Shown piece by piece: positions 39,901 to 51,896 of a stretch of 64,000 nt of DNA (within the stretch, counting starts at the first letter, position 1; every line of letters starts with the position of its first letter). Both the position numbers and the translations under genes were made by a program. This stretch comes from Lama guanicoe (Eukaryota): positions 186,001 through 250,000 of the forward strand of contig MU053652.1 of assembly GCA_013239625.1 (NCBI GenBank), in the 5' to 3' direction. The notes under the pieces were generated by a model. The model did not search any database and was not told the origin of the DNA. It saw only the letters and a list, made by a program, of their open reading frames with translations.

Positions 39901-41610
39901 TTTGAGTCAATCTAGTAAGTTTTAAAAGTTTAGTTATTCCATTTTTAGTTCTAAAACTTCCATTTGATTCTTCTCATATTTTCTATTTCTCTGCTGAGAC
40001 TTACTATTTCTTTGCTAAGACTGTCTATGTTTTTCATTTGCTTCAGACATATGTATAATTGCTTGTTGAAGCATTTTTATGGTAGCTGCTTTAAAATCCT
40101 TTTCAGCTAATTCCAAGATCCGTTTCATCTCGGTGTTGGCATGTTGATTGACTGTTCTCATTTAAGTTAAGGTTTTCCTGATTCCTGAGGAGAATTTTTA
40201 TATTATATCTTGGATATTTTAGATAGTATGTTATGAGACTCTGGATCTTATTTAACTCTTCTGTTTTAGCTGACCTTCTCTGACACCATGCCAGTCGGGG
40301 AGAGAGCACTGATTCATTACTACCAGGTGGAGGTGGAAGTCTAAGTTTTCCTTTTCCACTTGGCCTCTCTTGACACTTAGGGTGGGAAAGGTGGGCATGA
40401 TGCCTTATTAATGCTAGGCTGGGGTGGGAGTTTAGGGTCTCCACATGGCCTCCCCTGACACTGCAAGGAGATGGGTCAGTGGTGGAAGTGCTGGATCTCC
40501 ACAAGACCTTCTCTGACACCACTGTGATGGGAAAGGGAAGAGGTACCTCATTACCACCAGATGGGAATGGAAGTCGAGGTTCCTAGGTGGCCTTCGATGA
40601 TACTCTGGGAAGCCATAAAAAATAATAAAATAATGCCGTTTGCAGCAACATGGATGGACCTGGAGATTGTCATTCTAAGTGAAATAAGCCAGAAAGAGAA
40701 AGAAAAATACCATGTGATATCACTCATATGTGGAATCTAAAAAAAAAAAAAGACAATAAACTTATTTACAAAACAGAAACAGACTCACAGACATAGAAAA
40801 CAAACTATGGTTACCAGGATGGGAAGGGGGTAGGAAGGGATATATTGGGAGTTCGAGATCTGCAGATACTTATAAAATTGATAAACAACAAGTTCATACT
40901 GTATGGCACAGGGAACTATATTCAATATCTTATAGTAACTTATGGTGAAAAAGAATATGAAAACTAATATATGCATGTTCACATATGACTGAAGCATTAT
41001 GCTGTACACCAGAAACTGACACAACATTGTAAAATGACTACACTTCAATAAAAAAAATTCGTATACAAAAAAAAAAAAAAAAAAGAAAGAAAAGACTGGG
41101 TGGTGGTGAACATCCCTGTTCTCCAAGAGAGCTTCTCTGATACTATGACAGCAGGGAGGAGGAGGGGAACTTTGTTACAGCCAGAAAAGGGCGGAAGCCT
41201 TTGCTCACAAGGGCGAGGCTAAGGGGTGGGGCACAGTTTTACTCACAGTATTTGGCTGCAGGAAGGCAGTTATTGTCTAAAAGTTTTCTGTCTTGCTAAT
41301 TTGCTCCCTCCCTAGTCCTTCAGCTAGACAAAGCAGGCTTTCTGTTGGAGCTTTCGTTGTCTGTATCATTACTGTTTTAGGGGTGGTAGCTTCTCCAGCA
41401 CCCAGTTCAGGATATCTGAGGCCAAAGGAAAACCCAGGGAAATTACCACTATGTCATTACCCAGGTCCAAAGGTCCCCAGGTGGTTTGCCTTCTTCTTTT
41501 TACCTCTCAATCTTCTTATGTTTGTTTTAGATATAATTTCTAGGATTTTAGCTGTACTTAGTGGGAGAAATTTTTTAAAAATGCATCTCTTCCATACCAT
41601 CTGAAATTGT
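36971..41610 (-). mobile_element. Old L1 (L1MC/MD-like) 5'UTR-ORF1-ORF2 N-half, 3'-truncated, interrupted by a young L1
   Basis: ORF 37097-37426 (YEANITRIPK...[31 protein letters not shown]); G-rich 5'UTR at 40.27-41.6 kb ending in accatct. Confidence 0.8.
40611..41094 (+). mobile_element. Young 5'-truncated L1 3' end with poly(A) tail
   Basis: gcagcaacatggatggacctggagattgtcattctaagtgaa..., AATAAA 41047-41052, A18 tail 41067-41084, retained CpGs. Confidence 0.92.
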
Positions 41611-41907
41611 ATCTTCCTGGCTATCTAAAATAGTTCATAATAACTTTTTAAAAGATTAGATGATGGTGGTGAAAGTTAAACTATTCTTTAAGATTCTTGG
41701 GACACAGCAACCCACTCTCTGTGTCGCCGCTCCTCCAGAGGGGACAGCCTCCCTTCTCTGGCTCAGCCTTATTCTCTTCCGTGTTCTACTCTGCTATCCT
41801 TTCCCACCAACCCCAAGAAAAGAACTTTAACCAGTTCCCAGTAAGAATAGGGCTAGGTGGAAAATAGGAGCCATTAACAAATCACATTACACCCAAATTT
41901 GAGTTAT

Positions 41908-42031
41908 TGGGGTGGTGGGTAGTGGTAAAGTGCATGCCTAGCATGCACGAGGTCCTGGGTTCAATTCCCAGTACCTCTATTAAAAATAAATAAATAAACC
42001 TAACCACCTCCCCTCCAAAGACAAAACAAAA
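41908..42031 (+). mobile_element. tRNA-derived SINE, camelid Vic-1 type
   Basis: agtggtaaagtgcatgcctagcatgcacgaggtcctgggttcaattccccagtacctc (B-box ggttcaattcc), tail aataaataaacctaaccacctcccc, perfect 14-bp TSD caaatttgagttat (41894-41907 / 42032-42045). Confidence 0.9.
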
Positions 42032-44228
42032 CAAATTTGAGTTATGGGGAAGGGGGTTCCCAAAAGAGGGGATTGATATTTTTCAAAGGGAAAGCATTAG
42101 AGGATTTTGATATTTAAAATATTTAGCAATGAATACAGCACTTTGTGAAGGCTCTTGTTCCCACCAGTCATCATGTACAGAGGATTCAGAGAACAGGACC
42201 ATTTATCAATCCAAAGGGATGTGTTTCAATGCTTTAACCACCAGGATAGTCTTACCTGTACAGATCAGCTGAATACCAGCCTCATCTATAACTGCAAACA
42301 GCAGGTGATGAAACCACAAAGATGATCAGTTTATAAACTTTCCATAATCAGAGTTAGGAATGGGTGAAATAAAGGAAATACCGCATACTCTTTATTCCTT
42401 CATATTGCTAAAGCAGGTTGAGACATCATGTTGGTTACAAGTTAAATGGAACTCTACATTCCTTTCATAATCAGAAGAATAAAACATTTCAATCCCCTAA
42501 AGGATACACTGATGTTATAAACGGACACATTGAAATTTCAAAATCACAACTCCCATTGGCTATATCAAAAATCACTACGCACATAGCAATGCTGAGATCT
42601 TGAGAGATTTTGCCATCTGATATTTCAGAGAAGGAAGCAGCTGGAAGAGTCATTAATAGCTGTGGGAAAAACTGAAATCACATTTATAAAAGCTAAGAAT
42701 AACTAACATTTTAGAAAGATAGGCACTATTCAGAGAATCACAAAAGAAATTGATTGAGGGGTTTAAGGCATTTAGAACATTCTTTCATAGGTAGTTGGTT
42801 GAGTGAAGAAAAGCCAGGATCCACGGTCAGGTAAGACAAAGGCACTGGACATGATCAGAGCAAGTTTTCCATGTTAAGATCAGATGTCAAGCACGGGTCT
42901 ACTTGCGGCCCTGAGGGATTGGAGGGAGGGTGGGTTTCGTATTGGAACCTGGGCGACTGATGAGTGTGATTGTGTGTCTTCTGTGTTGGAAGGATCCTTT
43001 GTCACATGGAAATGACTGTTTATCTAGTGCTGTAAAACATTAAGAAAAAGAAAGATATAGTACATATAGTTAATCCCTTGGTACAGTAAACAAAGAAAAT
43101 AAGCATAAATAAGAATAATCCTTAGAATTCATTCATAACAAACTATAAGGAATAAATGACATCCAAACAAGAAAAACAGGGGATGAGGTTCAGACTGTAT
43201 CATGTGCGTAGTTGGACAAACCTCAGGTTGTGTAGACTTGCCCAGTGACTGGAAGGCTGCTACAGCCAGCAATTCCTATGCTACCCTGCTATGCTGCTCG
43301 TACCGTCTGTAACGATGCCCTGCACCATACTCCTTTTCAGTTGTACATAAGCACACTTAGTCCAGACGCACACACACACCCTGAAGTCCTTCCTAGAGAA
43401 ACCTTATCTAGTGCCCTTTAAAGTTGGTTGTTCACCAAGGATGAAGATACCAAAGATGAACCATGGAGCTAGGTTCCTGCAGGGACTGTGCGAAGCAGGA
43501 AGAGTTTGGAAGACAGTGACTGAAGGTAGAAGCATGTGGCCACAGAGGAAGCTGAATTCTCAGTGGGGAGAAAGTAGTGTAGGAGGGATTGAGAGAGGGA
43601 GACAGAGGATTCTACAGGGAGTGAGAAGAATGGAGCGACCTATAACACAAGATCAGGAAGACTCAACTCACTGGGCAAACCAAAGCAATCCAGAATGTTG
43701 AAGGCAAAATGGATCTTTTAAGGGTACATTTAGAGCAAGAATGGCGCACTCCTTAAGAAGATGATGTTGTGTTACAGAGGACAGAAAAAGAAAAAAAAAT
43801 TCCTCCTTGTTTTCTTCTTCTTCTTTGTTTTTTTCCGCTATGGAAATATTTTAAAGCTGGAAAAGGTAACAAAAACATCTTAAGAGAATAAGGGCCCTGA
43901 AGAGGAAAGAAGACAGTAGAAGAGTGGGCCTCATACCCAGTAAGTTACCTCCCAGGGCGCTGAAGTAACTTACAGAGGTGGTGTTAGAGTTTCTGGTCTT
44001 TGGGAATTCATCACAATGAGGAAAGTACTAGAAGCAAATACTCTTGCCATTTAAAAAATGGAAATAAAGATCTATAAACCAATACAACTGATTTTAGACC
44101 TTAGCAAATTTGAGCTTATTAAAGAAATGGTTTGTGCATTTCGAAAATAATGTAGTGTGTGATAAGTGTTGGGCGAGATTTACAAAGAGAAATCATTTTG
44201 AATTAATCGAATTTCCCTTTTAGTAAGG

Positions 44229-44440
44229 CAGGGGTCAACAAACTATGGCCCACAGGCCAAATCTGCTCTGCTGCCTGTTTTAGTAAATAAAGTTTAATGG
44301 AACCCAATCCATGCCCCTTTCTTTACGTATTGTCTGTGGCTGCACTTGCACTGCAGTAGTGGAGCAAAAAAAGTCTATGTAGACCACAAAGCCAAAAGCA
44401 TTTATTGTCTGGCCCTTTATAAAAAGTTTGTTGAGCTCTG
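44229..44440 (+). mobile_element. MER58A (hAT-Charlie) MITE
   Basis: caggggtcaacaaactatggcccacaggccaaatctg...tctggccctttataaaaagtttgttgagctctg. Confidence 0.85.
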
Positions 44441-44889
44441 AGTTAGAAATGCCACTGATACAATGCAAAGCACATATCACAGTTTTCTGGGAGAAGACAC
44501 TAGAGATGGGAGTAGGGCTCACAAAGCAGGGAGACTGGCCCTAGAAGTCAGTCTCCACAGAGCTTCCACAGGATGCTGCTCTTGGCCAAGTCCTGGGTCC
44601 CAACGTTGACAGCAACTATGACAAGGGCATGGGTGGCATGCTTGCTGGCTTTACAGAAATCTCTAAGTAGTAAATATGGAAGAGGAATCAAGACCCAAAA
44701 TGACCTAATCAACTTGGAAAACAAAATGATAAAAAGATGAAAATAAAAGTTGCATTTATGTGGAAAAAAAATCAACTGCACGCATATTGCATGATTAAAA
44801 CTTGGTTTAGCAGTTCATGTGAAAAAAGACATGAGGGTTTAACTAACCCAGAGCCAGTAGTGGGACGTGATTTCTAAGAAAATCACCAC

Positions 44890-45720
44890 AGGAAGATGTT
44901 GGCAAGATGGCCGACCCGGAAGCTCCAGGCCCTTGTTCCCCCAGGGACACATTCAATCAACAACTAGAAACTAGCGAAAATAACGTTATAGGAGCCCCCA
45001 AAATCAGTCAATGACCTACAGCAACCAAGTGAGCGCCCCAGTCAGGAAAAAGCCACACTGAAGAGGGTAGGAGAGCTCATGACTGACCTCTGCCCCACCC
45101 TCTCCCCAGTGGGTTGAGGCACAGCTTGGGGGAAGAGAGGGCTGGGTTCCAGGGCCCTCCTGTGAACCAGAGAGAGTAAGGTTCTAACCTGAGTTGGGGC
45201 AGTCTCTTTGGTCTCTGTGTCACCTAACTCAGAGCCCAGAGGGCTAAAAGTGCCACTGCTGGGGTCTCTGGCTAGAGGAAGCCACAGGAAGCTGGGGGCA
45301 GGGTTCTTGAAAACCACAAGGGGGCGCAGACCCAAAGGGCCTGGGACAAGAGAGTCCTAACTGAGGAATACAGTAGGGGCCCCAAGAAGCAGCAGGAGTA
45401 AGTCACTTAAGGAAATTAATGCATTCATTTAAAAGCATTTGTGTATACCGGGGAATTGGAAAACAGCACGCATACAGGCCCAGGGAAAGGCCACGCCCAG
45501 AAAAGGACTGAAAAGCCCTTGAGCCCTCCCACTGGGCCGACCCTGGGCTCAGAGCACGTCCTGCTAATTAGGGAAGGTCTGCCCCTAAACAGAACCAGTC
45601 TAGACTTGGAGAGGCAGCTGCTTTTTCAAATGCCCAATTTTCAACAAAAGCTCACAAGACACATAAAGAAACTGGAAAAAATGGCCCATTCAAATAAAAT
45701 AAACCTCCAAAAACCTGCAG
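44890..45720 (+). mobile_element. Isolated 5' end (5'UTR to ORF1 start) of an old L1
   Basis: ggcaagatggccgac YY1-type start, GC-rich UTR, ends in caagacacataaagaaactggaaaaaatggcccattc. Confidence 0.7.
45311..45329 (+). promoter_or_regulatory. CTCF-binding motif within the L1 5'UTR fragment
   Basis: AAACCACAAGGGGGCGCAG; core CCACAAGGGGGCGC with CpG intact. Confidence 0.65.
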
Positions 45721-45769
45721 AAAATAACCACAGTCTTCTAAGTGTATAAACATATGCAATCATAATACC

Positions 45770-46040
45770 TAGCAGGTATCTAGCACTTTACTTCTTACTT
45801 ACACCACACCCCAGCGTGCTGGTCCTATAGTATTATATTATGTATAACATTATAATACATACATATTACAGTAATGTACAGTAATACAGGATATTGCTGT
45901 ATTATTGTGGAACAGATATTATTATCCCCAAGGCTCAGACATTAACTGATTTTCGCAACACTGTGCAGCTAGGCAACAGCAGAAATGGAACCAGAAGCCG
46001 GGTCTTCTGATTCCTAAGACAATGTTCTTTCCACATACCC
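45770..46040 (-). mobile_element. MIR with AT-rich interruption
   Basis: attattatccccaaggctcagacattaactgatttt...cagctaggcaacagcagaaatgg. Confidence 0.55.
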
Positions 46041-46368
46041 TCCCCACAGGTAACAGCCCAGTTTTGGTCTGGCCAGACTACGTTGGAATGTAGCTTTCAA
46101 CCCTATGCATCCCATTTAAGGAAGGACACAGGCAGAGGAGAGAAAATGAGACGGGAAAGGTCTGGGAACACTGTCCCAAGGGAAGCCAGAACCATGATGG
46201 GCCCTGGGGACATGTTTGGTCCAGAGCGCTTGTGTTCCCTCAGGCTCTGAAGTGGCAGGTCACAGCCTTTAAAGGGGTCCTAGAACACTTGCCACATCCT
46301 GTGAGATGACATAATATATCCACTTCTGAGTACTTGGGATTATTTCCTGAAAATCTGGTCTTGGGACT

Positions 46369-46695
46369 AGTAAAAAATTAATCAACAGAAACCGCAATTA
46401 AATGGAATTGGGAGACCAGAAGGCGGGCGCTCTCACACTCTGTGACCATAGCAGAGCCCAACAGGAGGAATTAAGACTCCTCTTCTTTCCTGGCAAGGAC
46501 TCAGCCAATGAAAAGCCATGGCCTCTTTGTTTACTAAAGCTTTCCCAACCCCCTTCCCTCATATAAAAAGCTTTCTCCTCTTGCCCTGTGGAGACTTGCA
46601 CGTGGCTCGCCATGGTTGCAGACCCCAAATGCAATCCTGAATAAACCCATCTTTGCTGGAGAAATGTCTGACAGTCTATTTGTTCCAGGCCAACA
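46369..46695 (+). mobile_element. ERV1-class solo LTR (~330 bp)
   Basis: CCAAT (agccaatga ~46503), TATA-like atataaaa 46561-46568, AATAAA ~46640, terminal caaca; probable 4-bp TSD gact/gatt. The 5' boundary is uncertain. Confidence 0.7.
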
Positions 46696-47469
46696 GATTC
46701 TAATTCTTATTGTTTGTGTCCTCCCTTATGAGTAAAATCCTTGAAAAGACTCTGTCTCAGTCAGCTGTCCTGAATACAACTACCCCTAAGGAGGGAGTCC
46801 ACTTTTGAAATGGTTACAAGATGCCTGTTTTAGGAACAACCTTCTGGAGGTGCATCTGCTATGTTCTCTTGTCCCTGGCAACCCAACAAGCCTATATTCT
46901 CTTTCTGGGTCCCCTGGTCACCTGAGCAAGCAGGGAATCCTCACGTCATCTTCTGGGTCAGGCAGACTCCCTGCTCCCCTCAATCTCAGGATACAAATGG
47001 TGGCTCCTCGTAGCCTCCAGGTCTTAGCAAATCCCCCCTAATTTATTCAGTCTTCTCTCAGTTGCTAGCAGAACCGCTTGCTGGGTTACTGTTTCCCTGT
47101 CTCATTTTCACCTCTAACACCTCTATGTAATGCCTGTTACATACTCAATGTGATTTATGAACATTGCCAGAGACAAAAATGCAATGGCCACTCTGTCTGT
47201 GCCTAGAGATGTGCATTCACAAGTGTGCTGGGGAGCAAGGTGCAAAAAGGAGGTGAAGCAGAGAAGCTGGGCCGGATCCTTCAAACCTAAAACCATCAGG
47301 ATTCTGTGAGACCCCCGGAGCAGGAGATCAGCCAGCAATATGAAACCTTCCCTGCTTTTCTTCACCTTCCCTGAATGGAGTCCAAGTTGCTTAATTCCCC
47401 TACAGGGAGCATGTGCCCCTCGCCCCAGAAGACCCCTGCAGGGAGTGTGGTCAGGTGGGTGGAGCAGCT

Positions 47470-47590
47470 GCATCCACTCTTTGTAGCTAAGTAACTTTGG
47501 GCACATTCCAGACCTTTTTGAACTTTGTTTCTCATCTATTACACTAGGGGATAAATAATCCACCCTGCCTCAAAGGAGAGATTCTGACTT
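47470..47590 (+). mobile_element. MIR fragment
   Basis: actttgggca...tttgtttctcatctattacactaggggataaataat. Confidence 0.6.
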
Positions 47591-48558
47591 AAAACACTCA
47601 CTTAATTAAAAAAAATCAGAAAGACAGTGGGAAATATATATAATTGCAATATTAATATTTATATAAAAACCATATGTAAATGACTCCTACCTTTTAGGGC
47701 CTGATCCTGAGTATCACTTGTTACTGATCTTGAGTGTGAATAAATACTGTCCTCTGGAGGCCGGAAAGGCAGATCTTTGGACCATGAACAAGGCTGAAAT
47801 AGTACAGAATGTTTCATGGTACCATTGGAGTCCTTGTCACTGAAAAATGAGCAAAGAATGATATCTTTGAGATGTAAAGCCACCACTGGCCGTATGTTCA
47901 TAGGGTTACCTTTGTCAAGTCATTTCAGTAGTTTGCAAACACATCTCCATTGAGCTAAAGTTTTCAATGATACATAGGCAACCAGACCTAGCAGTTAACA
48001 TATTAAGTACTGTACATACTAGCATAAACTTCTCGTCCACTGTGCGAAGCATCACTGAATACTCACTGAGAGCAAAGCATCGTGATAAGTGCTGGAGTAT
48101 AAAACAAGATGAGTCAGGCACAGGACTTTAGAATCAAGCACAATTTATATACGGCGGTTCCTGCTATTTCAAGGATACAGAAAATGAAAGCGTGTTAGGG
48201 GGCTTGATCTGGACCACACGCTGGGCATACCGAATGCTAGTTCTTTGTTCCCTGTCTTAGGACAAGGTTGGGATGTGACCTGGGTGCCTGAAGTCTCTGT
48301 GTCTGGGCCAGTGAGCCTCCTACCAGCAGGTTGCTCTCCTTTGGGACCAGCCTGTTTCCTGGTTTCCTCTGGGGGAGGCAGCTTCACCACGGGGGAGCTC
48401 ATTCTGCAGAGCACTGTGAACAGGTGAGCTTTGTTCATGGCAAAAACATTGTTTCTTGTATTTATTCAATAGCTTTTCTCCTGTCTTTTGTGAACTACTT
48501 ACGTCTTTTCTTCATTTATCTTCTGAGAATTTTAGTGGCTTTCATATCAGTTTGTGTG

Positions 48559-48912
48559 AATATATATATATGTTTTATATATTACATATTGAATTGAATA
48601 TATATTATATTGAATTATATATTACAAATTAAATATATAATATTGAATGTTATAATATATGAATATGTTATAGCATGTTCATAATACATATTATATATTC
48701 ATAATTAGAAATACTTCATATTATGAATATATAAATTATATTTAATTCATTATAGAATATATTAATGATATAGTCATAATGTATATCATATAAATGAATA
48801 TAATATATATTACAAATATATATTATGAATATTATATTCAATATATTCTACATGTTGTTACACATACTGTATATCACATATATTATATATTATTAATATG
48901 TATTTTATATAG
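48559..48912. repeat. Degenerate (TA)n-derived AT-rich low-complexity block
   Basis: ~350 bp almost entirely A/T, built from tatat/attat/gaatat units. Confidence 0.9.
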
Positions 48913-50779
48913 ATTGCTATTTTCCTTTTTGTTTTGAACCTAGAGAAATTTAAAATGTTTATATAATCGAAATATATTCATCTTTTCTTCTGTAATTTTT
49001 CTCATCTCTTCAAAAACATTTCATTAGCACTTTTATCAGCCTACTAAACATATACAGTTAAAACTGAGTCATATTATATAGAAGGGCTGATAATAGAAAG
49101 TAACAGTCACCCCAATTGCATTCTCCCCAAAGCCAACCATTCTTAACTTTGTTTTCAGACATTCTGCCAATAATCTTTTTACTTCTAAATAATGTCACTG
49201 ACTTTTATTGACTTATCAGTTCTAAACATATCTTTGATAGACAGAGATTTCTGCTATGATCAGAAAGGATTTAGCTCACTTAATAACACTCCTCCCATTT
49301 TTTCTCCCCACAAACTGTTCTATCACTATTCTAAGTTCCTCCATCAGTCAGATCTACCTCTTCATGTACCGTATTTTAAATCCTCATTTCTTGTTCCATC
49401 AACCACAAATGAAAAATAATTGACTTTCCACCTCCACCTCCTAACCTTTGTCATTAGAACTTTTCACTGTCAAAGTTGATTGTATTAAGTTTTGTATTCA
49501 CACTTATGTCTCTTCATGATTTAGCCAAGGGTTGATTAACAATGTTGAAAATCAATACATAACTGTTTACTACAGAGCCTCGTAGTTGGCTGTGATTACG
49601 TTTTCTTCTCTGTACTTTCTATGTAATGATTCCTATCTCAGCACTGAAGTACGTTTCTAGGATCAAGCTCAACTTAAGCTCATATCTGGCAGTAGCAGAG
49701 GCTGATGCAAACTGGATCTATTCAAGATGAAGCCTGTCATCTATATGAGGATATCTAAATGAGTCCATATCTACCAGGATGATGTTATGACTGTAACAGA
49801 GATGGAAAGGGTAGAAGCAAGTCTTGATGGGGTGTCCCCAGAAGGTCATGGCTCTATCACTGGAAACACAGTCCAATTAGCTGCCTGGGCCTGTCCTTGA
49901 CCCAGGATGAAATATAGTGGGTGGTCTAGACATACTAAGGGAACACTTCCAATGTGTTTGAATGCCAAGCAGAGGCTGCAGCCCTTGGGTGGTAGTTTGA
50001 GTCTGGAATCCAGAACCAGCTCTCCTGGAAAGCTCCCATACTGCTGAGCATGGTCACTGTCCTCTGGCTGGATCTAAGCTTCCTATCAACTACAGCCAGG
50101 GCTGGATGACATCAAAATTCCCAGGAAGAGATTGTCCAGAATGGAGTAATCTTCCTGTGCCTATGGGTTCTGCTTAGAAGTTCTGGCTACTTGTTATCAA
50201 CTAGAGAAGTCTAATGGCTTTCTTGAAGGCAAGAGTCTTTTTTACTAGGTTGGGCAGAGTTTTGGAGTCTTCTTGTTGATAGACAACACCTTTTGGAAAC
50301 CCCTCATAGAATGCTAGCCCCTTTGGATAGAGCATTCATGCTCCTAGAAGACCTTGTTTCCTAATCTCTTGCTCCCACATAAGGTAAGTGAGCTTTTCCA
50401 AGAAGCACTTCCTAAAGAAGTATATACCCTGAGACCAATACTGCCAATATCTGGATTTCCCAGTCACTGACAACTCTTCCTCTACCCTTTGCAGTGGAAA
50501 GTGTCACTATTAACCAGTGCTTGGGATCTTCTCTCTAGAAGTATAACTAGACAGAGTCTTTTCCCCTGAATACAGCCTTAGACGCACTTCCCTTTTATGG
50601 GCTAGATCTTTCATTCCAAATTATAGAAGCATAAAGATGTTCTTTTTCATTTTAGTAAAAAATAATAATAATAACCCATAGATTTCACAGCCAGATCTCT
50701 AAAGTGATATAAATAGAGCATGTTGAAGGGAATTAGAAGGAAAATGGCATGAAAATGTCACTGGATTGTTGATACCTAT

Positions 50780-51210
50780 TGTATTTGTTTGCTAGGGTTG
50801 CCATAACCAAGTACTGTGGACTGAGTGGTTTAAAGTCACTGTCTCATGGTTCAGGAGTCTAAAAGCCCAAGATCAGTATGTCAGCAGGGTTGGTTCTTTC
50901 TGAGGGCTGTGAGGGAGTATCTGCTCCAGGCCTCTCCACTAGCTTTGAAGGTTTACTGCCCATCTTTGGTATTCCTCGGCTTTTGTATCACCCCAAGCTC
51001 TCCCTCTGTGTGTGTCTATTTCCAAATTTCCCTTTTTTATGTAAACACCAATTATATTTGAATAGAGGTTCACCCTTCCCCAGGACAACCTCATCTTAAC
51101 TAAATTCATCTGCAATGACTGGACTCCCCAATAAGGTCACATACTGAGGTTCTGGAGTTGGGACTCCAACATATACATGTGGTGAGGGAGACACAATTCA
51201 ACCCAAAACA
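50780..51210 (-). mobile_element. MaLR solo LTR, MLT1C-like
   Basis: tgtatttgtttgctagggttgccataac...cagcagggttggttctttctgaggg...aataaggtcacatactgagg...gacacaattcaacccaaaaca. Confidence 0.8.
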
Positions 51211-51517
51211 TATTCATTTTGGTCTTATTTTCGGAAAAGAATACCTCTTCATTTAAAACACACACCAAAAAAGGGATCAAAGAGCAAGTTCTGCCTTTCA
51301 ACAATTGCTTTTCCTCTGTATCATAGGATGTAGTAAATGAAAATGCTTCAACAGTCAGAAGTCAAGAAGTGGTGGGGTTGAAACACACATGTGTTACCAC
51401 ATGGGAAGCTGGCAGACCTGAGTGACAGATCTGACCCACCCTTTCCACTGTGGGAACAGATGATATATAAACCCATCGCAGTCTATTAAGCATTATTATT
51501 ATTATTATTTTTTCTTC

Positions 51518-51896
51518 TCCTATGGACTGAATGTTTGTGTCTCTCCCCACCCCTTCGCAAATGTGTATGTTGAAATCCTAACCCTCAGTGTGATAACAGA
51601 AGGGGGTGAGGCCTTTGGTAGGTAATTAGGTCAGGAGGTGAAGCCCTCATGAAAGGGATTAGTGCCCTTACAAGAAAAGACAAGGGACAGCTTGCTTCCT
51701 CTCGCTGTTTTCCACCATGTGAGGACACAGCAAGAAGACAGCCATCTGCAAACCCGGAAGAGGAGCCTCACCAGAACCTGCCCACGCTGGCCCCGTGATC
51801 TCAGACTTCTCAGCCTCCAGAACTGTGAGAAATAATTGTCTATTGGTTAAGCCACTCAGCCTACAGTAATTTGTTACAGCAACCCAAACTAAGACA
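51518..51896 (+). mobile_element. MaLR solo LTR, MLT1A0-like
   Basis: ctatggactgaatgtttgtgtc...gggattagtgccctt...cagcctccagaactgtgagaaataa...actaagaca; 5-bp TSD tcttc/tcctc. Confidence 0.88.

Larger units (their letters stand above)
43860..46260 (+). mobile_element. Fragmented CR1/L3 LINE (pieces ~43860-44228, ~44441-44880, ~46050-46260)
   Basis: cccagggcgctgaagtaacttacagaggtg and tttggtctggccagactacgttggaatgtagc...catttaaggaaggaca resemble the CR1 RT region in colinear order. Confidence 0.55.

Noticed and set aside
34220..41610. Idea that the + and - old L1 blocks are one element with an inverted 3' half
   Set aside because: The blocks overlap by roughly 100 bp in consensus position and look like different subfamilies and ages (L1ME-like versus L1MC/MD-like).
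41908..41990. Possible tRNA gene
   Set aside because: The A-box is damaged and the tRNA-like head carries a SINE tail and TSD; it is a SINE.
42252..42301. Possible minus-strand micro-exon (acceptor ctgtttgcag, donor cag|gtaag)
   Set aside because: Isolated splice-like motifs occur by chance; there are no partner exons and no recognisable peptide.
47123..47563. 146-aa minus-strand ORF
   Set aside because: It begins within a MIR at a non-ATG codon and resembles no protein I recognise.
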